Assembly: GCA_963745035.1 (NCBI GenBank)
Contig: CAVUVW010000013.1
Span: 160,001 to 224,000 of the forward strand
From: an uncultured delta proteobacterium
GTDB taxonomy: Bacteria > Desulfobacterota > Binatia > UBA9968
Length of the DNA stretch: 64,000 nucleotides
Direction: 5' to 3'
Of the stretch, positions 29,570 through 40,728 are shown one piece after another. The notes beneath the pieces were generated by a model. It did not search any database. It saw only the letters and a program-made list of their open reading frames with translations, and was not told the origin of the DNA. The stretch's first letter is position 1. The number at the start of each line of letters is the position of its first letter. The position numbers and the translations under genes are program-made.

Positions 29570-31114
29570 ATGACTCCTGATCCCCACGAATATCTCGGCG
29601 ACGGACGCGGTCCGACAAAGAGACCGCACGCCTGCGTGCTGGTGATTTTCGGCGCGTCCGGCGATCTCACCAAGCGCAAGCTGATCCCGGCGCTCTACAA
29701 TCTCGCCCTGGAAAAGCGTTTGCCGGAGCGCTTCGCGGTGGTCGGCTATGCGCGCAGCGAAATGACCCACGAGGCGTTTCGCGAGAAGATGCGCGAAGAC
29801 GTCAAGGAATTCTCCCGCACCGGCTTGCAAGACGAAGCGGTGTGGCAGCAATTCGCGGACACGCTCTACTACGTGCGCGGCGGCTATGACGACACCGACG
29901 GCTTTCAAACTTTGAAAGAGTTCCTCGACGGCTTCGATCGCGGCAGCCGGGTCTTGCCGGCGCGGGTGTTTTACCTGGCGATCCCGCCGGATCTCTACGG
30001 CGTCACCGCGGAGCGCATCGCCACGGCCGGATTGGCAAATAAGGAAAGCGATGGCGAGACACGCAGCCGGGTGGTCATCGAAAAACCGTTCGGCGCCGAT
30101 CTCCAGACCGCGCGCGAGCTCAATCACCGGATTCACGAGGTTTTCGACGAGCGGCGAATCTACCGCATCGATCACTATCTCGGCAAAGAGACCGTGCAGA
30201 ACATCATGGTCTTTCGCTTGGCCAATGCCGTGTTCGAGCCGATCTGGAACCGGCGCTACATCGATCACGTGCAGATCACCGCGGCGGAATCGGTAGGAGT
30301 GGAAAACCGCGGCGGCTACTACGAGCAGGCCGGCGTGGTGCGCGACATGTTTCAAAACCATCTGCTCCAGCTCTTGTGCATGACCGCGATGGAGCCGCCG
30401 GTGGGACTCGACGCCGACGCGGTGCGCGACGAAAAGGGCAAGCTGCTCAAGTCGGTGCGCCCGGTAGTGTCCGAAGAGGTCGCCGCGGCGGCGGTGCGCG
30501 GCCAGTACGGCGCCGGCCGGATGGACGGACAGGAAGTCCCGGGCTACCGGCAGGAACCCGGAGTGGCGAAAAATTCCGCCAACGTGACCTACGCGGCGGT
30601 CCGGCTCTTCATCGATAATTGGCGCTGGGAGGGCGTGCCTTTTTACCTGCGCTCGGGCAAACGCATGCCCAAGCGCGTGACCGAGATCGCCATTCAGTTC
30701 AAACGCCCGCCGATGCTGCTTTTCAAAGCGCACGCCGTCGAGGACGTGAGCCCCAACGTGTTGGTGCTGCGCATTCAACCCGACGAGGGCGTGTCGCTCA
30801 CGTTCGAGGTTAAGCCGCCCGGCCACGACATGGTGATCCGCCCGTTGAGCCTCGACTTCAACTACGAGGAATCTTTCGGCAACAGCCCGCCCGAGGCGTA
30901 TGAAACGTTGCTCGAGGATTGCATCGAGGGCGATTCCACGCTGTTCACGCGCCACGATTGGGTGGAACTCGCTTGGTCGCTGATGGATCCGATCATCCAA
31001 GTCTGGAATCTCAGCCGGCCGCGAAATTTCCCAAACTATGACGCGGGCTCTTGGGGACCCAAGGAAGCCGATGAGTTCCTGGCGCGGGACGGGCGGCGCT
31101 GGCGTCGGCCGTAG
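29570..31114 (+). CDS. zwf: Glucose-6-phosphate 1-dehydrogenase
   Basis: IFGASGDL, EKPFG, RIDHYLGKE, RDMFQNH. Confidence 0.97.
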   Translation: MTPDPHEYLGDGRGPTKRPHACVLVIFGASGDLTKRKLIPALYNLALEKRLPERFAVVGYARSEMTHEAFREKMREDVKEFSRTGLQDEAVWQQFADTLYYVRGGYDDTDGFQTLKEFLDGFDRGSRVLPARVFYLAIPPDLYGVTAERIATAGLANKESDGETRSRVVIEKPFGADLQTARELNHRIHEVFDERRIYRIDHYLGKETVQNIMVFRLANAVFEPIWNRRYIDHVQITAAESVGVENRGGYYEQAGVVRDMFQNHLLQLLCMTAMEPPVGLDADAVRDEKGKLLKSVRPVVSEEVAAAAVRGQYGAGRMDGQEVPGYRQEPGVAKNSANVTYAAVRLFIDNWRWEGVPFYLRSGKRMPKRVTEIAIQFKRPPMLLFKAHAVEDVSPNVLVLRIQPDEGVSLTFEVKPPGHDMVIRPLSLDFNYEESFGNSPPEAYETLLEDCIEGDSTLFTRHDWVELAWSLMDPIIQVWNLSRPRNFPNYDAGSWGPKEADEFLARDGRRWRRP

Positions 31115-31138
31115 ATATTTTATCGAGACAGGCTCGAC

Positions 31139-32141
31139 ATGGCGGTTAGAAATCTAGTTCTCGCGGGCGACATCGGCGGCACGAAGACCAATCTCGCGCT
31201 GTTCTCGGTGCTCGGCGAGAAGCTTCACGCCGAATCGGCGCGCACTTTCCAGAGCAAGCAGATACTCCGGCCTGACGCCGATTTTGAAAGAGTTCGGCGA
31301 CAGCCGGCGCATCGAGGCGGCGTGCTTCGGCATCGCCGGTCCGGTGGTCGATGGCCGGGTGAAAACCACCAACCTCCCCTGGATCATCGATACCGAGCAA
31401 TTACGCCGGGCGCTGAAGCTCCAAGCCGTCCATTTGCTCAATGATCTCGAAGCCAGCGCTTTTGGTCTTTTCACGCTGGAGGACGACGACTTTTTGACTC
31501 TCAACGAAGGGGAGATGCGTCACGCCGGCAACAAGGCGTTGATCGCCGCCGGCACCGGCCTCGGGCAGTCGATCCTTTACGACGACGGGCATCACTTTCA
31601 TCCGCTCGCCTCTGAGGGCGGCCACGGCGATTACGCTCCGCGCAACGAAATCGAAATCGAGCTGCTGCGCTACTTGACGGCGCGCTTCGGCCACGTGAGC
31701 TACGAGCGGGTGATTTCCGGGCCGGGGCTCGTCAACATTTATCATTTCTTGAAAGAAGCGCGCGGCATGGCCGAGCCGGCGGCGCTGGCGGAGAGGTTCG
31801 CCGCCGGCGAGGACGCCGGCGCGGTGATCTCGCAGGCGGCCCTGGCCAACGAGTTCGAGATCTGCGTCCAGGCGCTCGATTTGTTCGTGTCGGCGTACGG
31901 CGCCGAGGCCGGCAATCTGGCGCTGCGCGCCAAGTCGGTGCGCGGCCTTTACGTCGGCGGCGGGATCGCGCCGAAGATCGTTTCCAAGCTCAAGGACGGC
32001 ACGTTCATGCGCGCCTTCACCGACAAAGGACGCTATACCGATCTCCTCAGGGCCGTGCCGGTACAGGTCGTGCTGAACGAGCGGGCGGCGCTGCGCGGCG
32101 CCGCCTATTACGCGGCGTTTCTATCCGATGACGAAACCTGA
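31139..32141 (+). CDS. glk: Glucokinase; frameshift near 31260
   Basis: AGDIGGTKT, GIAGPV, LLNDLEA, AGTGLG, SEGGH, GGGIAPKI. Confidence 0.92.
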
Positions 32142-32856
32142 AATCATCGTTTGCCCGGACGCCGCCGCGCTCGCGCGCCAAGGCGCCGAGCAATTCATCG
32201 CGCGCGCCGGCGAAACGGTCGCCCGCGCGGGGCGGTTTGCCGTCGCGCTTTCCGGCGGCTCGACGCCGGCGGCGCTCTATTCTCTTCTCGCCGCAGAGTT
32301 CCGCGATCGCGTCGATTGGCCGCGCGTGCATCTTTTCTGGGGGGACGAACGCTGTGTGCCCCCGGACCATCCCGATAGCAACTTCCGCATGACGCGAGAG
32401 CATCTGCTCGATCGCATCCAACTGCCGCCGGAAAATATTCACCGTATGCAGGGCGAGACAGAGCCGGTTGCGGCGGCCGCCGCCTACGAATCGGAGCTGA
32501 GAAAATTTTTTAGCGCGGGACTGCCGCGCTTCGACCTCGTCTTGCTCGGTTTGGGCGAAGACGGCCATACGGCATCGCTCTTTCCCGGCAGCTCGGCGCT
32601 GAAGGAAACCGAACATTGGGTCGCCGCGGTGTACGTGGACAAATTGCGCTCGCATCGCTTGACCTTGACCTTGCCCGTGATCAACGCCGCGGTGCACGTT
32701 GCGTTTCTGGTTGCCGGCGCGAGCAAGGCCGCCATCGTCAAGGAAATTCTCGGCTCGGCCAACGCTTCGAGCTACCCGGCGGCGCAGGTCATGCCGGCCC
32801 GTGGGCAGTTGACCTGGCTGATTGCCGCCGATGCGGCCGCCGGTCTGCCGCAGTGA
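32128..32856 (+). CDS. pgl: 6-phosphogluconolactonase
   Basis: ALSGGSTP, WGDERCVPPDHPDSN, LGLGEDGHTASLFP. Confidence 0.96.
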   Translation: MTKPEIIVCPDAAALARQGAEQFIARAGETVARAGRFAVALSGGSTPAALYSLLAAEFRDRVDWPRVHLFWGDERCVPPDHPDSNFRMTREHLLDRIQLPPENIHRMQGETEPVAAAAAYESELRKFFSAGLPRFDLVLLGLGEDGHTASLFPGSSALKETEHWVAAVYVDKLRSHRLTLTLPVINAAVHVAFLVAGASKAAIVKEILGSANASSYPAAQVMPARGQLTWLIAADAAAGLPQ

Positions 32857-32906
32857 AGTTGCCGATGCCGGATCGCGTGATTGAGCGATAGAGGGTTGGA
32901 CCGCGC

Positions 32907-33497
32907 TTAATTGATTTTCGTCAGCTCGCGACGAATCTGCTCGTTGGTTGCCCGCTTGTTGTAATCGACTTCGATAAATTTCCAGCGCACGATTCCCTTG
33001 GGGTCGATGACGTAGGTCGCGGGATGGGGCCAGCCGCGGCCGTCGGGGTTGAAGATGCCGTAGCGGTCGATGACTTTGTGATCTTTGTCTTCGAGCAGCG
33101 GAAAATCGAATTCGCCGTCGAAGCGCTTGCGCAGCATGTCACCGAATTTTTTCGAGTCCGCGTGCGAGTCGACGCTCACCGCGAGAATCTGGGTATTTTC
33201 CTTCTGCTTTTTGGTCAATAAACTTTTCAGCTCGCCGAGCTGAGCGACACAAGCTGGTCACCAGTAGCCGCGATAGAAAACCAGCACGACGCTTTTCTTG
33301 CCGCGAAAATCCGACAACGTGATCGCTTTGCCGTCGGCGGCTTCGAGGCTGAAATCGGGCGCCGCCTGGCCCACTTTGACGCGGTTCAGATCGGTCGGCG
33401 CCAGATCGAGCCCCTCCTTCGGTCCGAGCTGCGCACCGGCGGGAGTGCTCATCAAGAACAGGGCAAAAGCTACAATGACGATTCGTCGTGCCGGCAT
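32907..33497 (-). CDS. Exported AhpC/TSA (peroxiredoxin-like) selenoprotein with UxxC motif, 196 aa
   Basis: ORFs 33258-33698 and 32907-33218 are one frame: ..[13 protein letters not shown](33260-33258)[10 protein letters not shown]..[27 protein letters not shown]; RBS AGGAG before ATG 33497; signal peptide. Confidence 0.88.
33227..33243 (-). promoter_or_regulatory. Bacterial SECIS-like hairpin
   Basis: TCAGCTC-GGC-GAGCTGA perfect stem beginning 14 nt 3' of the in-frame TGA, with G in the apical loop. Confidence 0.72.
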
Positions 33498-33537
33498 AGG
33501 TTGTCTCCTGCGGATCCAGAAAGCTCTAACAAGATTT

Positions 33538-34359
33538 TTATAGCGAGTCAGCACCGCCGGGAATTTTTTTCGATATGACGACGTGGCGGCGGAAGCGCCG
33601 TTGGGCGAGAGCGCGGAAAATGTTCGGCGCATGGCGCCTGAGCGAAGACATGAGCGCCAGCCAATGCGGCAGGACCACTTCGAAGCGCTTGTTTTCAAGG
33701 ACCTGAATCACCGCGCGGGCAACCGTTTCCGTGGGCACGATCGCGCCGGTGGGCGATTTGGGCTCGCTGTCGCGAAAGCGGTGATTGAAGCCGGTCTCCA
33801 CCGGACCCGGACAGACGATCGAAACGTGGACGCCCAAGGGTTTCAGCTCATGATAGAGGCTTTCCGACCAGCCGTTGAGGGCGAACTTGGAGGCACAATA
33901 GGCCGCCATGTTGAGGGTGCCGATAAGGCCGGCGCCGGAAGAAATGTTGACGATCTGCCCATCGCGCCGCGCGATCATGGAGGGCAGCACTTCATGGGCG
34001 CAGTACACCGCACCGAGATAATTGATGCGCATGATCTCTTCGACGGTCGTGAGGTCGGTTTCCATGAACGGCCTGCGCATGCCGACGCCGGCATTGTTGA
34101 TCAGCACGTCGATCTTGCCGAAGTCGGCGAGGATCTTCGCAACCATGCCGCGCACCTGCTCGGCATCGCTCACGTCGCAGCCGATCATCGTCGAGGACGG
34201 GCTCGCGCGGCGGACTTCTTTCAGCGTTTCTTTGAGCCGCGCGATGGAACGGCCGCAGCCGGCAACGATGGCGCCGCGCGCCGCCAGATCAAGGGCGAGC
34301 TGCCTGCCGATGCCGCTGGAGGCTCCCGTGATCAGGATCACTTGATCTTTGAAGTCCAT
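33538..34359 (-). CDS. SDR-family oxidoreductase
   Basis: [17 protein letters not shown]. Confidence 0.93.
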   Translation of the reverse strand: MDFKDQVILITGASSGIGRQLALDLAARGAIVAGCGRSIARLKETLKEVRRASPSSTMIGCDVSDAEQVRGMVAKILADFGKIDVLINNAGVGMRRPFMETDLTTVEEIMRINYLGAVYCAHEVLPSMIARRDGQIVNISSGAGLIGTLNMAAYCASKFALNGWSESLYHELKPLGVHVSIVCPGPVETGFNHRFRDSEPKSPTGAIVPTETVARAVIQVLENKRFEVVLPHWLALMSSLRRHAPNIFRALAQRRFRRHVVISKKIPGGADSL

Positions 34360-34608
34360 GGCTCCGTTAATCGGGCGAAGATCGGTCAGAGCGGCATAAG
34401 GGGCTTCGAGCGCCTCGCGCTGGTTGGGATATTTAAACGGAACCGAGTTTTCAGCTGTGGCGAGCAGCCCGTCACGTAACGTGGCCGATGGAACTTCGCT
34501 CCGGTGATCATCGATTTCATCTACACGCTACTTTGGCGTCCATCTTACCCGGCATGCACGTGGATGTTATGCTCGGAAATGATGCTATTGCAACGACAAA
34601 GAGTGAAA

Positions 34609-35890
34609 ATGAAAACGCAAAGACACCATCCGTCGCCGCGGCGCGTGGTGGTCACCGGTTTGGGCGCGGTGGCGCCCAACGGCATCGGCATCGAGGCCTA
34701 TGGCGCGGCGCTGTGCGCCGGCGCGAGCGGCATCGGCGCGATCTCATGCTTCGATCCCGGGCGGCTCGACTGCCGGGTGGCGGCCGAGGTGAAAGATTTT
34801 CCGATGGAAGATTTCGTCGGCGAGCGCGACATGCGCCGGCTCGGCCGCGTCGTGCCGCTGCTGATCGCGGCCAGTGCCGAAGCGTTGCACGGCGGGCGCG
34901 TTTGCGCGGCGCGCATGACCGTCGCGGAGCAGCAATCCTGGGGCGTCGTCATCGGCAGCGGCGGCGGCGCGCCCGATTTCATGGAGGCGCAGTACCGGCG
35001 CTATTTCGCCGATCAGGTGACGCGAGTGAGCGCCTACAACATTTCCAGCTCGACGCCGGGCAGCTTGTCGAGCGAAATTTCGCTGCGCTTTGGTTTCCGC
35101 GGCCCGAGCCACTTGATTTCCACCGGCTGCACCAGCTCGACGGACGCATTGGGCTACGCTTTCAACATGATTCGTTTCGGTCTGGCGGATCATCTCATCA
35201 CCGGCGGCGCCGACGCGACGATTACGCCCGGCGTCATGCAAGGATTTTGCGTGATGGGCGTGGTTTCGTCGTCGCGCAATCACGATCCGGAGAGCGCTTC
35301 CCGGCCCTTCGATCGCACGCGCGACGGCTTTGTGCTCGGCGAGGGCGCGTGGATTCTGGTTCTCGAGGAGCGCGAGCAGGCGCTCGAACGGGGCGCGCGG
35401 ATCTCCGGCGAAATTCTCGGCTACGCCTCGACCTGCGACGCGCACCACCGCGTGCGCCTCGATCCGAACGGCATCGAGCCGGCGCGGGCGATGAGCCTGG
35501 CGATCGAGGACGCGAACCTGCGACAAGACGGAGATCGGCTACGTGGCGTTGCACGGCACCTCGACTCAGTTGAACGACAAGACTGAGACCCTGGCGGCGA
35601 AGCTCTGCTTCGGCGCGCGCGCCCGCGACGTGCCGATGAGCTCGATCAAGTCGATGATCGGTCATCCGCAGGGAGCTTCGGGCGCCGCGGGCGTGGTGGC
35701 GGCGATCCTGGCGATGAACCGCGGTTTTCTCCCGCCGACGGTAAATTACGCCGAAGCCGATCCGGAATGCGATCTCAACTACATTCCGAATCGCGGCATC
35801 GAGCGCCCGACGGAAGTCGCGCTGTGCAACTGCATCGGTTTTGGCTCGAAGAACTCGGCGCTGGTCGTCGCGCGCGGCGACGCGGCATGA
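34609..35890 (+). CDS. Beta-ketoacyl-ACP synthase (FabF-like); frameshift near 35530
   Basis: RRVVVTGLGAVAPNG, STGCTSS (catalytic Cys), SRPFDRTRDGFVLGEG, HGTST, KSMIGH, GFGSKN. Confidence 0.88.
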
Positions 35891-36591
35891 AGCGCAGCGC
35901 GGAGAAGGAGATGATGGATCTTCCCGGGCAGCCGCGAGACCTGCTCGCCGGCGATCTGGGCAATCTGCGCATCATCAACCGTTATCTCGGTTGCTATCGC
36001 AACGTGATCAGCGGCGTGGCCCGTCTTGTCGAAGAACAGAAGATCGATCGCTTCCGGCTGCTCGACGTCGGCGCCGGCAGCGGCGACGTCGCCGCGGCAA
36101 TCGCCCGGTGGGCGCGGCGCCGGGGCATCGCCGCGCGGATCAGCGGCCTGGAGCGTGACGCGATCACCGTCGAACAGGCGGTGGACCAGACGAGAAACTT
36201 GCCCGAGATCGCCGTCGTTCAAGGCGACGCCCTGGCGCCGCCGTTTCGCGCCGGAGCTTTCGATTTCATCCTGGCTTCGCAACTGCTCCATCATTTCACC
36301 GACGAACAGATCGTCAGCCTGCTGCGCGCCTGGGCGCCGCTCGCGCGCCGAGCGATCATCGTCGCCGATCTGGTGCGCCATCCGCTCGCCTACCACGGCA
36401 TTCGTTTACTGACACGCGCGCTCACGCGCAACCAGATGACCCGGGTCGACGCGCCGCTCTCGGTGCGGCGCGCCTGCACCCTCGCCGAATGGCGCGAGCT
36501 GATACGCCGCGCGGACATCGGCACGTTCCGCGTCGAGCGGGCGCTGCCGTTTCGCGTGCTCGGCGTGATTTCGCTCGAAGGGCGATCATGA
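35887..36591 (+). CDS. SAM-dependent methyltransferase
   Basis: MKRSAEKEMMD, LLDVGAGSGD, LLHHF, DLVRH, DAPLSVRRA; ATG overlaps the KS stop. Confidence 0.88.
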   Translation: MKRSAEKEMMDLPGQPRDLLAGDLGNLRIINRYLGCYRNVISGVARLVEEQKIDRFRLLDVGAGSGDVAAAIARWARRRGIAARISGLERDAITVEQAVDQTRNLPEIAVVQGDALAPPFRAGAFDFILASQLLHHFTDEQIVSLLRAWAPLARRAIIVADLVRHPLAYHGIRLLTRALTRNQMTRVDAPLSVRRACTLAEWRELIRRADIGTFRVERALPFRVLGVISLEGRS

Positions 36592-37727
36592 AAATTTGCG
36601 ACGTCGTCATCGTCGGCGCCGGCCCCGCCGGATCGGCCGCGGCCATCGGCCTGGCGCGGCGCGGCTACGAAGTCGCGCTGCTCGACAAAAAATACTTTCC
36701 GCGGGAAAAACTCTGCGGCGATTTCATCAATCCGATCAATCGGCCGCTTTTTCGCGATCTCGGCGTCGAAGAGCAAGTGCTCGCGCTGCCCCACGGCACC
36801 GTGAGCGGGTTTCGCATCACGACCTTTTCAGGCCGGGCAGCCGAGGTGGAATTCGCACAGCGCGAGCATGGAACTGAGTCCGGCCTGGGCCTGCGCCGCG
36901 CGCATCTGGATCAAGCGCTGTTGCAGAGGGCCAAGGCCCTGGGCGTGACGATTTATCAAGGACTGCGGATCGACAAACTCTGGCGCGCGCCGGAGGGGTG
37001 GCGCTTGAGCGCCGACGGCGAAGAGAGCTGGCGAGCAAAGATCCTGATCGGCGCCGACGGGCGCAATTCCTGGGTGGCGCGGCAGCTCGGTCTGTACCGG
37101 CGGTCCACCACGGAGGGACGTGCCATCGGCTTTCAGAGCCGATTGCTCTTTTCCGGCGCGATCGGCGACAAGGTCGAGATCCATCTGTTTCCCGGCGGCT
37201 ACGCCGGCGTCGTCGGGCTCGGCGACGGTACGGTCAATCTTTGCCTGGCCGTCGACAAGCGCAGACTGCCGCGCGAGCGCGGCGCGGAATACTTATTCGC
37301 CGAAGTGTTGCCGCGGAATCCTCGTTTGGCAGATATTCTTCAACGGAGCGAACGCGCCTCCGAGTTGCGCTCCATCTATCCGGTTTATTTTCCGCCGCGC
37401 CGCTCGGCCGCCGACGGCGCGCTGCTCGTCGGCGACGCGGCGCGTGTGTCGGAGCCGGTGACCGGAGAGGGCATCTATTTCGCCCTGCGCAGCGGTTTGC
37501 TGGCGGCGAAAACGATCGATCTCGCGTTGCGCCAAGGAGATCTTGCCGTGCATAGTTTGGCCGGCTACGAGCGCGCCTGCCGGCGCGCCTTTCGCTCGCG
37601 CTTGGCATTGAACACGCTGATTGGTTTTGCCATTTATCGGCCGGCCTTACTCGAGCCGGTCATCCGGCTGTCGGCGAAAAACGGGCGTCTGCTGCATTCG
37701 CTGGTCGACGCGGTGTGCATGCCTTAA
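36588..37727 (+). CDS. FAD-dependent oxidoreductase (geranylgeranyl reductase-like)
   Basis: VGAGPAGS, FPREKLCG, IGADGRNS, VGDAARVSEPVTGEGI. Confidence 0.9.
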   Translation: MKICDVVIVGAGPAGSAAAIGLARRGYEVALLDKKYFPREKLCGDFINPINRPLFRDLGVEEQVLALPHGTVSGFRITTFSGRAAEVEFAQREHGTESGLGLRRAHLDQALLQRAKALGVTIYQGLRIDKLWRAPEGWRLSADGEESWRAKILIGADGRNSWVARQLGLYRRSTTEGRAIGFQSRLLFSGAIGDKVEIHLFPGGYAGVVGLGDGTVNLCLAVDKRRLPRERGAEYLFAEVLPRNPRLADILQRSERASELRSIYPVYFPPRRSAADGALLVGDAARVSEPVTGEGIYFALRSGLLAAKTIDLALRQGDLAVHSLAGYERACRRAFRSRLALNTLIGFAIYRPALLEPVIRLSAKNGRLLHSLVDAVCMP

Positions 37728-37828
37728 AAAATGCGCCGGCACCGTCGCAGCGCCGCGGTCTGCCTTGTCATTGTCCGAGAACTGAATAGAATGGGCCAAT
37801 CCCATTCTGACCCGAGGACCGTTCAAGC

Positions 37829-39496
37829 ATGACCGCGGAGTTCACTGCCGAAGAACAGGCTCGCCTGGCGCCGTTTTTTACCAATCTCGATCGCTCGACC
37901 TTCGGCCTCAAGCTGCCGCAGGAAGTCGCCGGCGCGCTGTTCTCGCGCTACAGCCGCTCGACCAAGAGTCTGCGGCGGACTTTCTTGGATGAATTTCTCG
38001 GCGATCCCGAGCTGGGCTTGACGGATTTGCTCGGCGCCCAAACGAATGCCTCGAACGACAGCGCGGCTTTGAAGAAAGCGCGGGCGTTTTACGAGCGCGT
38101 GCTGGTCGGCTACGGCGACGATTCGGTCGCGCAGTTGGGCGGCGCCCATCTCGCCTGCGAGAACATTTCCAACGTCGCCGCCAAGCTGCTCGAAGACGCG
38201 CGCATCGGCATCGCGCCGCTGGAGAAATCGACGCGCTACGTGCGCTTCGATCAGAAGGACGCTGCCGGAAATTATCTGTTCTACCGCGAGCCGAAGATCA
38301 TGGCGTCGCGCCATCGCGACGCTTACCTCGAAACGATGAATCTGCTCTTCGACACCTACTCGCAGCAGATGGAGCCGATGCTGGCGTCGATTGCCAAGGC
38401 ACTGCCCATCGAGCAACTGGAAGTGCGCGATCCGAGCAACGGGAAAGCTCTCGCGTACGCCGATGCGAAGAAAGATGATCGGCTGCGGCGCTGGGCGGAG
38501 ACCGCCTATCGCGCCACCGTGCGCGCGCATGCCTGCGACGTGCTGCGCAGTTATCTGCCGGCGGCGACACTCGACCAACGTCGGCATGTTCGGCGTCGGC
38601 CAGGCGTTCGAGTATCTGATCAGCAAGTTTTACTCGCACGAGTTGAGCGAGGCGAAGGAGCTGGGCGCCGCGATGCACGGCGAGCTGAATCAGCTCATTC
38701 CGTCGTTCGTCAAGCGCGCGCAGTTGAACGAATATCTCGCCGGCACAAGTGCGGCGGCGAAGGCGCTGGCGTGCTCGGTACGCGCCCGCTACGCACGACG
38801 CCGTCAGCGAACCGGTTGCGCTGATCGACTACGACGCCGACGCGGAAGGAAAAGTCATCGCGGCGATTCTTTACGCTCATGCGCGACATCCGCTGGAACA
38901 GCTCCGCCAGATCGCCGCAGCGATGAGCGCCGATCAGCGACGGCAGATTCTCGCCGAGCATTTCGCCAAACGGCGCCATCGCCGCGACAAGCTCAGCCGC
39001 GCGTTCGAGAACGTCTATTACACGTTCGACATCCTCGGAAATCTCGGCCTCTACCGCGATCTTCACCGCCACCGGATTCTCACGCAGGAGCGCCAGGACT
39101 TCACCACCGTGCACGGCTACGACACGCCGCCGGAGATCGAAGAGGCCGGCTTCAAGAACGAGTTCGACGATTGCATGAAACGTGCGGCGGATTTGTACGA
39201 GCGCATTTACGCCGATCTGCCGAGCGAAGCTCAGTACGTCGTGCCTTTCGCGTACAAGATCCGCTGGTACATGAAAATGAACTTGCGCGAAGCGCTTGCA
39301 TATGTGCGAGCTCCGCACCATGCCCCAGGGCCATCCCGACTATCGCTTCATCTGCCAGGAAATGTGGCGCAAGATTCAGGAGGTCCATCCGGCATTGTCC
39401 GAATCAGGAAAATTCATCGACTGGCAGAAGTACCGGCTGGGACGGTTGCAATCGGAGATGCGGACGGAGTTCAAGAAGTCGGCGTTTGAGAAGTAG
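37829..39496 (+). CDS. thyX: Flavin-dependent thymidylate synthase ThyX, long two-domain form; frameshifts near 38572, 38780 and 39300
   Basis: GALFSRYSRS, GYGDDSVAQLG, LEKSTRYV, DVLRSYLPAAT, RDLHRHR, ELRTMPQGHPDYR. Confidence 0.85.
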
Positions 39497-39560
39497 CGTA
39501 GTTCGGATCTAGTGCTCCACGAGCATGTTCCGGCGTAGCAAGACCGAGTAGAAGTGCCAA

Positions 39561-40625
39561 ATGACAGTTCGATTTGCCCAATTCGTACATGCTTCCCACG
39601 ATGTGGTGGACGAAGCTTTTCTGCGGGAATTTCCCGAAATCGAGGCGGTGAAGGCCAATAATCTTGAAACCCTTGCCGCTGCGCTCGAGGGTGCGGAGAT
39701 TTTCCAGGTTTACAACTCCGCATTCACACCAGAGTTCGCCAAGCTCGTGCGTGACAAGGGCCGCGCATTGAAATGGATTCAGTTCACCACCGTCGGCATC
39801 GATATCGCGCTGAAAGCGGGGCTGCCTGACGGTGTTTGGGTCACCAATTCAGGCGACGTGAGCCAGCGGGTGCTGGCCGGGCACGCCATCGCGCTGATGC
39901 TCGGCGTGATGCGCGGCTTTCGCCGGTTCGAGCCGCTGCGCGCGCGTCGCGATTATGCGAGGCAAGCCCTGCCTCGCTACATGATGGCGCCGGATGGCGC
40001 GCGCATGCTGATCCTAGGCATGGGGCGCATCGGCCAGGACATCGCGCGCAAGGCCAAGGCTTTCGACATGGAAGTGATCTGCGTCACCCGCGCGTCCGCT
40101 CCCGCCGTGCCCGAGATCGACCGCGTGGTGCCGCGGGAAAAGGTGGACGAGGTGCTTCCCAGCGCCGACGTGGTCATGGTCGCGATGCCGCTCGACGCGG
40201 GCACTCAGGGATTTTTGAGCGCCGAAAGGATCGCGCTCATGAAAGAGACGGCGATGTTCGTAAACATCTCCCGCGGCAAGGTGGTGGACGAGGCGGCTTT
40301 GGCCCGCGCGCTGGCCGAAGGTCGCATCATGGGGGCCGGGCTCGACGCTTTCGCCAAAGAACCGTTGCCCGCGGACAGCCCGCTCTGGGATCTCCCCAAC
40401 GTGCTGATGACGCCCCATGTCGGCGGGAACGGCGGGCGCGAATTGTGGCGGCGGATGAGCGACCTCGTGCGCGACAATACGCGCCGCTATCTTTCGGGTG
40501 CGCCGCTGAAACACGTCGTCCGAACACCCGATGGAACCCTCCAAGGCTTTGAAAACCCGCAGTCTGGAAACTCGATGATGGGCGACTCGGCTGCGCCTAG
40601 ATCGCTCGCAACACGATCCGAATAA
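39561..40625 (+). CDS. D-2-hydroxyacid dehydrogenase family protein
   Basis: LGMGRIG, FVNISRGKVVDE, GLDAFAKEPLP, LMTPHVGG. Confidence 0.92.
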   Translation: MTVRFAQFVHASHDVVDEAFLREFPEIEAVKANNLETLAAALEGAEIFQVYNSAFTPEFAKLVRDKGRALKWIQFTTVGIDIALKAGLPDGVWVTNSGDVSQRVLAGHAIALMLGVMRGFRRFEPLRARRDYARQALPRYMMAPDGARMLILGMGRIGQDIARKAKAFDMEVICVTRASAPAVPEIDRVVPREKVDEVLPSADVVMVAMPLDAGTQGFLSAERIALMKETAMFVNISRGKVVDEAALARALAEGRIMGAGLDAFAKEPLPADSPLWDLPNVLMTPHVGGNGGRELWRRMSDLVRDNTRRYLSGAPLKHVVRTPDGTLQGFENPQSGNSMMGDSAAPRSLATRSE

Positions 40626-40728
40626 CTTCGCAGTATCCCAAGCTCGTCTTGAAACATTCATCGGGTCGGGAGTAAAAAGCAATTTTGCTAAACCGTGTGT
40701 GCCTCAATGAGTTAGTCCGAGACTCTGC

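Noticed and set aside
29561-31000. Long antisense ORFs (e.g. 479 aa opposite zwf, 452 aa opposite tkt, 351 aa opposite the cupin)
   Set aside because: Shadow ORFs expected from high-GC codon bias; they have no recognisable motifs and fully overlap confident genes.
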